This document shows positions 28,880-43,721 of a DNA stretch of 64,000 bases, in pieces. A model generated the notes under the pieces. That model made no database searches, had not been told where the DNA came from, and saw only the letters and a program-made list of their open reading frames with translations. The number at the start of each line of letters is the position of its first letter. Positions within the stretch are counted from its first letter, which is position 1. The position numbers and the translations under genes are program-made. The DNA comes from Vicugna vicugna. Lineage: Eukaryota. The stretch is from positions 1,825,111-1,889,110 of the forward strand of contig MU058824.1 in NCBI GenBank assembly GCA_013265495.1, written 5' to 3'.

Positions 28880-29690
28880 TAAGCAGCTTCCTAAGTATAT
28901 CCCCGCCTCCATTTTTCACTCTCCCAACACAACCCGTAACCACTCACATCTGTGTGATGCAAAGCAAGAGAGGAGGAAGTGAGGAGGAACTTCTCAGGAG
29001 GGAGACTTTGCTGCAACAGACCTCACTTTTGTCCTGAAAGTCCTTAACTGGTCCTTGAATAGTCTAGAGAGGCCATAACTGGATTCCTTGGTGCCCAAGC
29101 CAAACCTCAAATCTGGACTTTCTACACTAGGGAGGAGAAACCGAATCACCTTCCCCTTCTCCAGCCCTCCCTTTAGGTCTCAGGTGTGACCATGCCCATG
29201 ATCCTTGGGTTATGTCTTTAAGGGAGGAACTCTGATTGATGAGTGGGACAGGAAAGGAACAAAGAAAAGTGAGCTGTTAGGGTACTGGCTAAGTTGTTAT
29301 AATAGAGGCCCCAAAATAGAGTGGCCCAAAGAAGATACATGTTTATTTCTCTCACCTGACAGTCCTGGGGAGAGAGGTCCAGGTTGGCAGGCAGTTCTGC
29401 CCAAGGTCACTGCTGACTGAGGCTCTTTTACTCTTAATTTTCTGCCAGTCCCCAAGGTGTCTTCCTCACTAGAACACTTAAAGCTGCGTGGACAGCATGT
29501 CCTGTTCCCAGTCCCTGAAAGGAAAGAGAAAGGAAGTCCATGCAAGGGATCGCCTTTTAAGCAAGTGATGCGCAAGTTGCATACATTTTGGTTCTGCTCC
29601 AGTTACACTGGCAAGAATGTATGTGATCACACTGGAGGGCTGGGAAATGTAGTCTCTAGCCAGACAGGCCCAAGAAAGAAATGAGATGTG

Positions 29691-29902
29691 GGATTGCCAG
29701 ATTAAGTACAGGATGTCCAGTTAAATTTGATTTTCTGACAACCAACCAATCATATTTTTAGTGTAAATATGTCCTATATAATATTTGGGATATATTTATA
29801 CTTAAAATTTTTTATTCCTTATTATCTGAAATTTTGATTCTTATTATCTGAAATTCAAAGGTGACTGGGCATTCTGAATTTTTATTTGTTCAATCTGGCA
29901 AC
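29691..29902. mobile_element. MER53-like palindromic hAT MITE
   Basis: Inverted termini TTGCCAGATT / AATCTGGCAA and long internal self-complementarity (CCAGTTAAATTTGA / TCAAAGGTGACTGG); internal tandem duplication of CTTATTATCTGAAATT. Confidence 0.8.
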
Positions 29903-31191
29903 GTTTTGGGGGACTCACTATACTCTGCCCCAAAGATCCGCAGCACAGCTGTCCGTGCCTCTAAAGCGGACAGCTGTAGCACGGGACAGCCCTCCATGTG
30001 CCACGGGATCAAAGCAGGAAAGGTTTCTGTCCCCCAAAGCCCACTGCTGATTCTGCTGTCATATCAGGCCTCTCAGGGACTAGTGATACCACACATCCCT
30101 GGGCCTTGACATTCGAACTCCACTTGCACCCTCCAGCGATGAGAAGTTCACTCACTTTAGGAAACCTGAAATGCCAGCCATGGGCAAAAACCCTAAAAAT
30201 TTGGGGTTTTCCTGGGACTGAATCACAGTCTGGCCTCCTGTTGCCTCTACTCTTTGATTCTAGCCCTGCTGTCTGAATCACACAGAAAAAACTTCTTTCT
30301 CTCCTCCTCCACATGAAAACTAATTAAACAGTTTAATGGCTGTGCTCTTGCCATCGGAATAGCAGTTTATGACTTCCTCTCCCTTATCTGTAGCAGGATG
30401 CCCACTACTCTCCCCAACCCACACCCACTTCCCAGGCATCTCAGGGGCTGAAATGCCCCAGAGCTTGCATCTGATTTTTATGTAACTTGGAAGCAACTGG
30501 GATCCATCCTGATTAACCCCTTTGCAGGAGCTCCTACTGGCCTGAGTCTCTGTGACAGTGTGAGGCTCAGAGCTGACCAGCCCTACAGATGTGTCCTCCC
30601 CACCGAGGATCCCGCTAGTATCAATAATAGTAATTATAGTAGTATTGTTACAGTAGCAGGTTACCCTTCTTATGTGGCAGGCATTGGAATAAACTTTTCA
30701 CTGCATTATCTCACTTAATCCCCATGAGATAGATACTGCTATTACCCCATTCTACAGATGAAGGAGTTGAGACTCAGTTCTCACCAGCCAATACACAGCC
30801 TTGAGTTTGCCCCCAGGCCTGTCCAACCTCAGAGCCTGTGCACTGATGCTCTGTCGCCCTGCCTCCCCACTCCCCTCCCCCTCCCCCTGCCTCCCCAGGC
30901 CTGCTTAGCTGCTCTGTCAAGGCTCACACCTGCACTGAACACATCACTGCACAGCCCAGGCCTCTCTCAGCATAGCTTCTCCTGGAACAAGTGTGGGCAC
31001 GGGCCTTCTGTGTCTCTTCCCCAACACGCAGCAGCCCATGTGTCTCTCAGTGCCCTCCTGAGGCCAGCCGAGGCCCAGCCCTGTGACCCTGTGACCCTGT
31101 GAACCGCTTCCTGGCTCTGAGGCTTGGCAGCCAGGGCCAGGGCAGGGGCTGGGCCGGGGGCTCTGACTCAGCCGGAGCCTTTGTCTTCTAG

Positions 31192-31437
<246 letters not shown>

Positions 31438-31974
31438 TGATATGTTGCTCAACTCCACCAACTACTTGGGAAATAACAGTCCATTTTTTGCCTGCATTTC
31501 AGAAAGCTTTTAAAAAGATCCCCAGTGTCGGTAAGAGTGTGTGGAACTGGGCATCCTCCTGCAACGTTCTGGAAGTCGTTCTGGCACTCTCCAAATGTCA
31601 GGTGTTAAGCCCCTTGACTAGCAATCCCCCTAGCAGGAGGCTGCCCCTTGGAAATACTCCCACGTGGGCAAAGGTGTAGACACACAGTATTTATCATAAC
31701 ACTACCTGTGGGCAAGAAAAGCTGGAATTAACTTACATGTTCGTCACTCGAGGTGGATTCATTAATTATGATGCAGCTAAACAAGACACACGGTACAACT
31801 CTTAAAAAGCGAGCTCCAGAGAGCTGCTGCAGAGACCACAGCAGAGAGGGTGCAGAGGGACGATGGGCTCTTTTGCATTCTGTCTCCTTGGGCCACAATC
31901 CTAAAAAATGATTGCATTGTTGACTTTTCAAAATCAAGTTAACAGAATCTATTGCAATATTGTTTTGCATTCAG

Positions 31975-32092
31975 ATGGGGGAAAGGCCATTTTAAAAAAT
32001 CACCTCGATCAAAATCCGCAGCTACAGTGGAACACAACAGAGCCCTCTCGAACATGCAAAGATCCTATAGAAGATATAAACTCCCCAGAACA
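31975..32092 (+). CDS. GABBR2: GABBR2 coding exon (exon 18), 118 nt: (D)[38 protein letters not shown](H)
   Basis: Acceptor gcattcAG at 31973-31974, donor GTAAGT at 32093; phases 1/2 fit the adjacent exons. Confidence 0.97.
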
Positions 32093-34680
32093 GTAAGTAC
32101 CTTCTCCTTGAGAATTATCGCCATAGAGAATGTTCCTCCTGCCCAAGAGTTTACAACTGGCACCATGTTTTCACGTGCATTATTTCACTTGGACTCCACA
32201 GTAATCCCATGAGGCAGGTCAAATTACAATGCTCATCTTACAGCTGAGAAGACTAATACTCAGAGAGGGGAGGTGACCTGCCAAAGCTCACCAGTTGCTA
32301 AATGTAGGAGACAGGATTTGAACTGGGTCTGTCCAACATCAAATCCCATGTTCTCTGCCTTTGTGATGTATATAAAACAACCACAGTCACCTAACACCGA
32401 TTTACTGAGACCTAGTATGTGCCAGGCACAGCCGTGACAAAAACAGATAAAATCCCTCCACAGAGTTTGCATTCTGTCTGGCAAGACAATAACTTAATAA
32501 GAAAGCAAACCTTTGTATGTTAAGTGATAGGTGCTCTGGAGAAAAATAAAGCAGGGAAGGGCTTAAGAAGTATCATTTTACATAGGGTGGTCAGAGAAGG
32601 TGACATCAAAGCAAAGACCTGGACATCTCCAGTAGCTTGGTCCCCAGTGGCAATTTTTAGTTCTTCCCAGTTTACAGCAGATTGGAAGCAGTAATTTAAA
32701 ATGTTGACTCTGAAACTTGTTCCCTGGGAAGTGACAAGAGGTAAGGAGCCAGCAAAGGGAGCCCAGACACTAACTGCAGTGTCATTTGGGGCCCTTTGGT
32801 CTTAAGAGCCAATAGCATCTCAACCCAGTTAGTTCCAGAGCCTCACAGCTGATGGTCCAGTACAATTACTGATGGTTACATGGCATTCATCAGTGGTCTG
32901 CGTATTAGTTCCCTGCACTAGAGTGCAAGCACCGTGAGGGCAAGGCATAGCCCTTCATACGTCCCCTGGACTGAACAGAGGTTACAGCATTGAGTAGGTC
33001 TTCAGCAACGAATTAGTGAAAAGGCAAATAGGATCCCGGCAGACAGCAGAATGTGTGGCTCTGACAGCCACATACAGAGGCCCACCCTGCCCGGGCAGAT
33101 GGCCCTGTCAGGGATGCTCAGACAGGACATCTTGGCCCAAGTCAGGCCCATTCTTCAGCTCCCGTTTTTCCTGGACTCTTTGCCAACACCTACGACATTA
33201 CATAAGTTCAACTCTAATTTCAAAATGTCTCACACTAATCTCTCATGGGCACTTGTGAAGTCTCTCAGGAGAAGCCCTTCTGGCCAGCAGGTCCCTAGGG
33301 AGTGGGGGCAGCACTGCATCTGTCCTTGTCCACCTCAGAACCCCACCAATGCCCTACATACACTCCTGGGCACACACTGGTGGGAAGAGGCAGCCCCCCA
33401 AGTTGATCTGCTACCCTACAAAGCACTGTGATTCAACAGAAGCAGCAAGAATCCCTCCTTCCCCAGTTCTGGTTCTGGTTCTGTGAGCAAGTTCTGTTTA
33501 CCCTGCCCTCATCTTTACAATGGGAATAGCAGTGCCTCTTCTGCCTCCTGGGTTCTGTGAATGTCTGGATTTTTCCCCACCTGAGTGACCAGGCATGGGG
33601 GACACAAGGAGGCCTCAGAGTTCAGGCAATGCAACTTCCCAGATGCAGTGAACCGCACAAAACTCAGCTGAGCAGTGCAGGGGAGCAGTGGCCTGGGCAC
33701 ATCCCCCAAAGCAGCCTTCACAACAGCTGAGGTGACTTACTGACCTACTGACCTGCTGGTGGTGAAAACTGATGAGAAGGCAAGCGGAAGGGCGTGGCAG
33801 TGACAGGGAGCAAGGACAGCTGGCCCCCTTTTCACTCCGCTCCTCCATCAGTCCGGCATACTCAGCCCCGGGCTCAGCCCTGCCTCTGGGTTTTCCTGGC
33901 TGCGTTTCTGGGAATTTACCAAGGCTGCTGGAGGTGTAGAGGAGGAAGGGGCTCACTCTCTGGGGGATTAGCCCAAAGAAGAGGACGTTTAAACTGGATC
34001 TTAAAGGGGCAGTGGTCACCAAGCGGGAAAGTGGAGGAAGAACTTCACAGGCGGGGGAAATAGCGCGTGCAGAGACTGCCATAGCAGAGCTGGAGGGGAG
34101 ACTAGCCGCCAGAGCGTAGGGTTTGTGGGGAGAAGGGGCAGAAGATTCACCTCGGGAATTTGGCAAGAGACAGATCTTGGGGATCCCTGAATGCCCTATC
34201 CCAGTGTTGGAGAGAGAACACTAGTCACCCCAAAAAAGCCAAAAGACCAGGAAGGAACCTGTTGGAATTGGCCCAGCAAGAAGAGTTGAGGTCCTGGGCA
34301 AGAGGCAGGGGCAGAGGAGCCAATGAGGAAGGACAGAGCAGCTGGGAAGGCTTTCAGGGATGGAACTCAAAGCCAAGTCCCTTTGGAGACTTGCAAGAGT
34401 AGGGAATGATAACTGTCCATGTTTGCAGCAAGGCCCTATTAGAAGGGCAAAAAAGCCTTTCTTCTTTGGGATTCTTGGTCACCAGAAGCTCCAGAAGCCT
34501 GCCTCCTCCTTGACTGCTGTCACCCCGGTTACTCCCAGTTGGCATGTGAAGGCCTGCACTAAACCCCTGCTGGATGGGTGAGTGGTCAGATGACAGGATG
34601 GACAGATCCTGAGTTCAGAGAGAGCTCTACTCCTCCCACCAGCTTCTTAGCCAAAGTGAGCCCAGGGAACCTTCCGGTGA

Positions 34681-34893
<213 letters not shown>

Positions 34894-37360
34894 GGTTGGG
34901 AGGCCTGGGGCCGGGGCCTCCCCCATGACGGAACCACACGAAGCAGAGGCGTCTGCTTACGGGAACACTGTCAGCTCTGACTGTGAAGAAGCTGGCGCCA
35001 CGGCTGGCCTCACAGGACTGCTCGGATGGCACTCGGTGCACAGGATGGGGGTCACTTGGCACCTGACCTCGCGCCTTATTTGTGAAGCTTTTATTCTTTC
35101 ACAAAGAAGAGGAATGGAAATGACTTCTTCCTTAACATCTGCAAAGGAGGAGCTAGGATATTTGAAACTTTGCAAAAAAAAAAAAAAAATCCTAGACCAG
35201 GAGAAAGTCACTAGAACTCCAGCTAGAAGTCACTGAGTGGCCCTGAGCAGCCTTGAAAAGAGGCAAGGGGCTTCTGGAGAAACCGCCTCTGCCGCTGCAC
35301 ACACACCGCCGGCTGTGGCCCCCCAGCCAGCCCTTCTCCCCTCTGGGGAAGGAGGTGGGCAGGCAGCCAGTCCAGCCAGCCCCAGCCTTCCTGGAACAGG
35401 GAGTCTGCAGGAAGGGCAGCCGGCACACCTCTGCAGCGGGCGGCCCGGGAGCTGGGGTACTGAGGGCTGGGGTACCGGAGCAGGCTGACCCGCATGCCTC
35501 CCGGTGGGACCTTACTCTCTGATAAATGCCACACATTAACACAATAACACCCGTTCCGGGACCATGGGGATTTAGGGCACGTCACTGCAGACATGCTCTG
35601 CAGCATTCACCCACAGTTGGTCATGCACCCACCACGTTGGCCATGCCCTCGTGTTTGTATCAGGTGTTCCCGTAGTGAGGGGGATCACCCGAGCTAATCA
35701 TGGAATGTCTGTTCCCAGCAAACATGATAAAGAAAGATTGTGCACTTTAACCTCTCTCATCAGGGCCCAAGGGCTGGCTGGGGTTGGTTTGTTTTTTTTT
35801 TCCCCACTGACTTTATGTCTGACCAAAGTGAATCGGGAGCATCTGCTAGAAGACATCCCTGTAGTCATGGGGAGAGAGTTGCTAGCTGAGGGCTTCCCTT
35901 AACTTCAGGAAGGCAACCTTCAAGTGGACAAGCCAGCAAGCTTGGCCCTTGGGGGTCCCGAGGGTGACTGGTCAGCACACTGGTTCTCATTCGTAAGATC
36001 ACTCTTCTCTTTTAAACAGACTCCAAAGAGTACTGGTCTGAGAGTCAGACCTGGGTTCAAGCCCTCGCTCCACTGCTGACTCCCTCCATGTCCTTGGGCA
36101 AGTCACTTGTGTCTCTCTGAGCCTCAGTTTCCCCTCTCTAACAAACTGGGGTTGAAATAATACCCATCCTGCCTACCTCACGGGGTGGCTCTGAGGATCA
36201 AACCTTGATCTCATCCAGGAAAGCTTTAGAGCAAACAGTGAAGCAGCCCTGACCCGTGAGGTATCAGGATGACCACGACATTCAGCCCTCGTGACAGCCA
36301 GGGGTATGGGCCAGAGAAGCTCCCCGTGCAGCCCTCTACCAGGATCAGCCAGGCTGGAGAGAGGCTCTCAATGACCTTGTGACATTTTTAGACAGGTTCA
36401 GTCTTAGCTAAAAAAAGACCTGAATGACAACGTCCAGGACGTCTGCACAACTGAGCAGTCACTCACTCTCTAAGGAAACCTAATGGCAGCTTCAACAGGC
36501 AGGCAATAATCTCTTCCCAGACCACTAAAGTCAGGAATATAGTGCTGTCACCACCAGGGTTTGACAAACGGGCCCGCAGGAATCTTACCATCGCCAACAT
36601 TTCAAAACACCTTATTTCACATAGCATAGCTCTCCCCTCCCCTCCCCTAAAGAGAGGTTACAGAGGTTCTGTAGCTTTTAGGGAAAAAAAAATGTTAACA
36701 CATCACAGGTCAAGTTGAAGTTGTTGTCTATTTAGGCACTAAAAATCGGTGTTGTCACTCACTGTGTATTACCAGTATTTACTTGCTTTCTTGATTTCAC
36801 CAAAACCAGATTTAATTTAAAGAACCACATTAATTTTTCAAAAGGAAAGAGACAATTCATTGTACATAATGTATACACACACAAAAACTAATACCTGTAG
36901 AAATATTAATCCAGCATAGCAGGGAAATAAAAAACAAAAGTATTGGACAGTCGGAGGTGAGTGTGTGCGTCCGTGACCCGTTGTGACTCCTGAACATGCA
37001 CCGTCTTCTAGGTTAACCCACAAGGCACATTCTCTGTCTTAATGATACTGTAGGTTCACCCGTTTTGTTTTGTTTTGTTTTGTTTTTAATTTCCCCACAA
37101 ATAACAAGACCCACAGAAGTGACTCTAGCTATTTAATGGTTCTGTTCTTTTATATGCAGCAAACACACTGTACTTTTCCGGAGAGGCTTCAGCCTGAAGG
37201 CATTTTCCAATGATGTTAGTGCACAAACGCTTTAAATTAGACTGGAACTGCCAGAATCAAATGTAAATGAGGAATTTCTCGTACCCCTATTGCATGGTAT
37301 CAATTTTTAATAAATTGTTGCAAATTTGTTTTTATGAATAAAAGGAAAAAAACTGTCATC
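34894..37360 (+). other. GABBR2: GABBR2 3'UTR (~2.45 kb)
   Basis: Runs from the stop codon to tandem AATAAA signals; contains an A16 tract (35174-35189) and a MIR fragment (~36030-36200). Exact cleavage site inferred. Confidence 0.8.
37309..37342 (+). terminator. GABBR2: Tandem polyadenylation signals of GABBR2
   Basis: AATAAA at 37309-37314 and 37337-37342 in an AU-rich context; a further AATAAA at 36926-36931. Confidence 0.8.
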
Positions 37361-40300
37361 TTTTAATGCCTACTCTGCCCAAAATGCAGGTCCCATCAGG
37401 CCACATTCCTCTGCTTGGAAATTCAGTGGGTGGCCTGTGGGTGCCTGCTCAGCATGGCCCCTTCCTTCAGAAACTGCCTTCCCCTGCCTCTGCAGACAGT
37501 AACAGACCAGCCCCGTTACCACGTGACCCAACTTCTAGCCAGAGGCGATAGATCCAGGGATGGGACCCTGACCTGAGCTGGGCCAGTTAAGTCTCTTCCC
37601 CATGTAGAAGAATTTAGCCACGAGAGAGAAAAATGAAGCCAACATAGAAAGAAACAGGATCAAGAAGTGAGTCCTGATGGTGTCCAAGCACCAGGTTACC
37701 TGTTCTTGAAGGCCAGCAGCACCCTGGTCCTTCCCATGCTGGGATGTTCAGAATTTCCTCAGATTCTCAGTTCTCCCAATAAATCGCCCTTTTCTCCTAG
37801 GTTACTCCAAGTTCAGTTCCCAACAACTGCAACCAAAAGGTTCCTGATGAGTCTAGAAGCCTCACTGCCTCCCCAGCCCTGACTCCCCCTCCAGGCCATG
37901 TGGCCCCATGCTTCTTCCCAGCCTCACTGCCCTCTCCCCCTGGACCCTACACTGTCTGAACTTTCTCCATCATGCTGGGTCCTCAGCCTGCAGCTTTATC
38001 TCAAATCTACCCCATCCTTCAAGGTCCCATCCAAGCACCCTCAGATTCCCCCAAATTGAAATCCTCTGGGCCACTGTCCCTTTCTCACCACACTAGGTAC
38101 ACGCTCATGCTGGCCCCTCCTCTCCACCCCAGACCATGAGCTCCCTGAAGATGGGAGTCACATCTGCTTCTCCGATGTCCCACCCAGCACCAGGCCCTCT
38201 CACTAGCTCAGAACAGCCTTCAACAAAGCTTTTGTAGAACTGAACATTTTGATTGAGGTGTGTTCATATTGGTCGCCAGGCCTGGAAGACAGAGGGAAGG
38301 CCTAGGTGGCCAAAGCAGGCTGGGGTGGCCCGAGGCCATGTGACTGGGTGCGAGCCCAGAAGTGGGGAACTGGACCCACAGACTTCACTAGGAGGCTGGA
38401 CCCAGGCTGGAGTTTCCTAATGCATAGGATCCTCAGTGATGAACCCTGGCTACCTTTTATACAGCCCTCCCATGGGATGCAGGATGTTCAAGGGTGGCAA
38501 ACAGGTCCAACGAGGAAGAGGAGGAACTTACCTAAGGTTACCTAGTGAGTCATGGCACAGGCAAGAACAGAACCAGAATCCTGATTGGTCTTCTCCACCT
38601 GACCTAGAATCACAGAAATTCAGAGCTAAGAGAGATCTTAGGTGTCATCTTGTCCAACCCCTCACTTTACAGGTGGTGTGAGTGAGGCCCGGTGACAGGA
38701 GCCAAGGTCAAGCAGAAGGTCCTGAGAGGGCCGGCATGGGAGCCAGATTTCCTGACTTTGAGATCCAGCTCCTTCCTCACACTTGACCCAGAACCACAGG
38801 TAGAGCAACCATAGCACAGAGACACCACGACACAGAGACATTTCTCCACCACCTCAGATCCTTGAGAAATCTTCCTATTTCCCCACTAAATATGGAATCA
38901 ACTGATGAAAAATGTGGCTTTTTCTTTTAGCATGTCTGAGAGAAACATCCACAGAGCTGTCATCACCATCCTCAGTAGGGTTCTTCACGCCTTGCTTGGC
39001 CTTGGAGCTCGTTTGCGGTTAAAAAATAAGTCTAAAGAAAAGGCCTCAAGAGCAGCAGGAGATTCACCCGCTCATATAGGGCTCTCTTTGTCCTCCTTTG
39101 GTTATGATTGGCTCGTTTCTAAGGTAAAAATAAGATAAGACTATGTCCCTCAAAGAAAAGCATTCTGGAGTTGAAGCCCTTTGAGAAATCTCTGCTTGGG
39201 ATTTCTCCTCAGCCCACATTGTAGAGACAACCCTAGGACCTGCTCTGAGGGAAGGTGGGAAGAAGTTTCTAGAAAACAGGGAATCTGGGGCACCAGCCAG
39301 AGCCCTGACCTTCCAGGCAGTTCCCCATGCTCAGCCGTTTCCTCTCCACAAGGAGCTTAGAGGTTTAGAAGCCAGTGACAGGGAGAGGAGGTGGTGCTGG
39401 GTTAAAGGAAAGCAGACCAGGGGTCACTGGCTACTCTGCATGCCCGGCCCATTCCTGCCCCTCCCCTGGCAGTACGGCCCTGCTTCTTGGGGGAGGAGAG
39501 GGACCTAAGGGGAGGGAATCTGGAGGAACTGCCCTTGCTGTCATCCCTGGACACAGGGATTGGCTCAAGGATATGCTCATTACCTCAGCCCAGCCAATCA
39601 GAGCCCTTCCAGGGTTTCAGCCATCTTTCAGGAGGCATCAAATCTTGCCCTCCACCCAGAGAGATATGAAAAGAGAGGCAATGAGCTCTCGTGACATCAT
39701 TTGGGCTCAAGGCTCAATAACCCCTAAAGATACATCTGCCCTTGACCTTCTCAGTTTTAAACTAATACATCCCTTTTTCTGCTCACAGAGTAGGGTTTCT
39801 GTCACTTAGAACCAAAAGAAATCTGTGGGAATCAGGGAATTCCACATGAGGGCTCTTTGTTGTCCAAAACTTTTGAGAATTCTGCCCCTTCCCCTTCCCC
39901 TAGCTTTAAGAAGACATCAGAGGAATATTCCCCCTTTTCCCACACACACCACTGAGCTGGGAGGGTGGGTAAGGGGCATGCGGGCCTTAGAAGCCTCAGG
40001 AAGCTAAAGAAAGGTCAGTGGGCCAGGTTGCGTGGCCCCAGGAAGGGCTCGATGTCAGTTCCATGCTCTCTGCCCTTGTCCCCTGCCTATGCCCTACCTC
40101 CTCAGCTGGCCACAGCTTACTTGGCCCTGAGAAGCAGGGTTTGTGAGGTCCTGGGCAGCAAATGATTAACACACTCTTTTGAAAAAAGGATGAGTCCCTA
40201 CCCCACACCAAAACCCCTGCCAAGCCCCACAGGCTCACTCAGTCATCCTTGGCCTGAAACTGTGTAGTCCTGGATGGGTCTTGCTTGGACATGACTGTTC

Positions 40301-40548
40301 ACTGCCTGGTTCCTTCAGGTCCGACTTCCAGGAGCCCCAAGCCCCAGGGGGGCATCCACTGAGCCTGTGCTCTTTGTCAGGGCTCCTGCTGGGCACCAGG
40401 GAACAGCAGTGAAAAGGACACAGGTCTCAGGAAGCTCACAGGCTAATGGGGAAGCAGGAGCGTAAAGAAGAAATGATGACAGCATGTGATAAGCACCTTG
40501 CTCAGAGCCGGGAGCCAGAAGACGCCTCCCGGGGGTGGAAGCTCCATA

Positions 40549-40710
40549 CACGGCTGGCTTTGTGGGCATGTCACGTGTGCAGTTGCTTACCAGAGTTCCG
40601 TATTTGACTTAATGTTCTGCTGTCGCTGTTTGGAAATTCTTAATAGCTTTTGAACAAGAGGCCCAACATTTTATTTTGTACTGGGTCCAACAAACTATGT
40701 AGCCAGCCCT
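40549..40710 (+). mobile_element. MER45A-like hAT-Tip100 MITE
   Basis: GGCTGGCTTTGTGGGCATG...TAATGTTCTGCTGTCGCTG...GAAATTCTTAATA...TATGTAGCCAGCCCT resembles remembered MER45A; inverted ends GGCTGGCT / AGCCAGCC. Confidence 0.7.
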
Positions 40711-43289
40711 ACACCTAGACCTGAAATGTAGATGAGTAGGCGCTGGTTAGTAAAAGAGGGAAGGAAGGGGAAAGCATAGGGTGGGAACTGGCAGGCCAAC
40801 TCCTGCAGAAGGCACACACCTGCCGGGGGTGCTGGGGCTGCCCTCCTCCCCAGGCCAACTGGGTTGTCACATGTTAATCATTTACCCTGGAATCCACGTG
40901 GCCTCAGATGCCTGAAGGTTCAGAGAGCATTGCATTCTGTCTGTGTGTGATAACACGGGTCACAGCTCTAAACCTTCAGAGCTGGGTGCAGCTTTCTACT
41001 TCCCCACTTATCTGGCTACGTGGCTTTAGATGATTCATTCAACCTCTCTGAGTTTCCGGTTCCACATCTGTAAAATGGGTGTGATATCTCACCTAGGAGT
41101 TCATGTAGGTGAAAGTGCTTTGTAAGCACTGAGGTAATATTTGTTCTCTTCCCAGACAAGACGGATGTAAAATGAACACCTTCTATAAGTGCAGGGGCCA
41201 GCCCAATCATCTAACTCCTTAACAGCAGAATGTATCTTGCAACGGAAACTGTTAGGGAGACTCTTGACAAGCTATGGGGGAGGGAAGGTAAGATTCTGAA
41301 GACAAGGCTCAAAAAGAGACACAGGCACAGTTCTGTTCAAAAGGATTAGAAATTTGGGAGTGGAAGGAAGAGAAAGGTGAGCGGGGGGGGCAATGTTCAA
41401 GTAACATGGTAAGAGTTCGAAGAACAGAGACATCAGACATGTAATATCAAGTCCTCCGTGTCGCTATAAAATAAACCCTCTCCTTCCCGTCACTTCACCC
41501 GCTCCCACAAAGTGTCCCTAAACTTTCAGTAACATTTACTGTACAAGCAAAAGTCTTGTGGGGTTTGGTGGAAATGAAAGAAAGGGATAAATTCTAAGTT
41601 TGGATGGAAGCCAAAATGAGGACAAAAGCAGCAGCAGAGGGGAAAACACGCTCCCTGCACAAGCAGGGACAGGGAGCCAGAGGTGACCGTGAGTACAAGC
41701 TCCGCAGAAATGCACAGAAGTACTAGAAAGGCGCTGGCACGGGAGGTACGGGAAGTCTGGACGGAACCCCCAGATCTCTCCGGGCAGCGTCACCCTCGCT
41801 GACATCTAGCTTCCATGAGTGACATGGAACACTTTATCCCTCAGAGCCATCAGTCTCAAAGATCCTGACTGCAAGGGCAGACATACTAGAAAGCAAGACC
41901 AGTAACACTGTGGGGTAACTGCATCACAAAATAAAGTCCACACGCAAGGCCCTGGAGGCGGTGAAAGTGGAGGATCTGCCATCCTGAAGCCAGGCGGCTT
42001 TGCCTCCAGGTCGCGCCTGCCCTCTTGGCTCTGGTCCACCCTGCCCTAACTGGACAGCTAGGGCTCTGTGCCAGGAGGAAACGCATTTGCTTTCTCTCCA
42101 ACTGAATTCCAATGCGAAAGACCCAGGGCAGTGTTTGAAACCACAGGGACACCTTTTAAGATGTAGTGTTGACTTAAATTATTTTTGCAAAACAAGTTAC
42201 CTAATATGTTTAAACTAGACAAACTCATACTTATATCCTTCACATAAAAGCCAAACAAATGTACAATGTAAATGTAAAGAAAATGACAAAAACAATGAAA
42301 ACATCTTAACAACACTGATTTAAAGGGATAGATGAGGTTCTGCTGAAACAGACGTTGCAGCTCACAGCACAAGCACGGCACCAACTGCTCCCGGGCACGT
42401 CCCTTTGAATTCAGCCTGCCTGGTGTGATGACTCAATTATTACACTGATTTTCTTTATTTAAACTACCGTGAAAACTTCATTTATTCAGTACGCTGTGAT
42501 ATCATTTGGCCTTCACTCAACTCTAACACATCACCTCGCTATTAAATCCGCCTCTGTTGTTCTCTCATGAGCCATTGACAATCATGGGGCCACCCAGATA
42601 ATAAACACGAGTCTAACGGTGACCGAGGGCTGATGCTCACTAAGCCCTTGGTAAGGTACTCTGCAGGCATAATCTCATTCGGATCTCACAGGGACCCCAC
42701 AGTAAGATTACTGCCACCCTTTTATAGCTCAGGGCCCTCAGGCACAGAGCGTGAGTGCTGTCCTGGGTCAGACAGCTGGGATGGGGAGTGCGAATTTGCA
42801 CACAGGCAGTCTGATGCCGGAACACATCCCCTTTGTGTATACTTCCTTAAACTGCCTCATTAGAAGTAGCTGGATTCAGATGACTGAGAATATGCCTAAT
42901 TTGTTTTAGATGATTTTGAAATGAAAACACAATCTTTTAAAATTTTATAGGTCTGCCTATCTCAGATTCATTCACATCATCCCCTGAGGCTCTAAACCCG
43001 TGGCCTGAGCGTCTCTGGCCCCGGGCAGTGTGAGCAGGGGGAAACCCTCACTGCTCTGAGGTGCAGGTAAGCCAACAACATGGAAGAAGCTATACAGAGA
43101 CAAACTCTGCCCAAGCTGCCCACTGCCCAGATCCGCCCACCCTGCCCCTGAGCATTCAGGCCTCCAAGATCTGGCAGGACTCTGCCAGCATCCCAGGGCA
43201 GGGCAAGCAAGGTAGAAGATGCTCACCCTTCTGTGGAGAAATGCCAGCCTTGGATATGACAGTCACTGCTCAGAAATGACCAGGCTGGC

Positions 43290-43677
43290 CAAAACCGGAA
43301 TTACCCAAATGCTATCTTCAGTAGAACAGAAAAAAATGTGATGCAGTATATTCACAGAGTAGAATACAGCAGAACCAGAGGAAACAACCCTACATGTGAC
43401 AGTAAAAGTGAACCTAACAAACATATGAAGTGGAAGAAGCCAGACATGAAAGAAGACATACTCTAAGATTCCACTGATACAAAGTTCAAAAACCAGCAAA
43501 ACTAACCTCTTAGATACCAGAGTAGTGGTGACCCTTGGTGGGGACGGGTCGTGGGGAAGATGGTTAGAGAAGGGCTCTTGAGTGCTTGTAATGTTCTGGT
43601 TCTTGGTCTGAGCACTGGTTACAGCACTGTCTTCTCTTTAAGAAAATTCTTTGAACTGTACACTTATGATGTGATAT

Positions 43678-43721
<44 letters not shown>

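Noticed and set aside
35174..35189. A16 tract as a transcript end or retrocopy tail
   Set aside because: No upstream AATAAA and no TSD; it is an internal 3'UTR homopolymer and a likely oligo-dT mispriming site.
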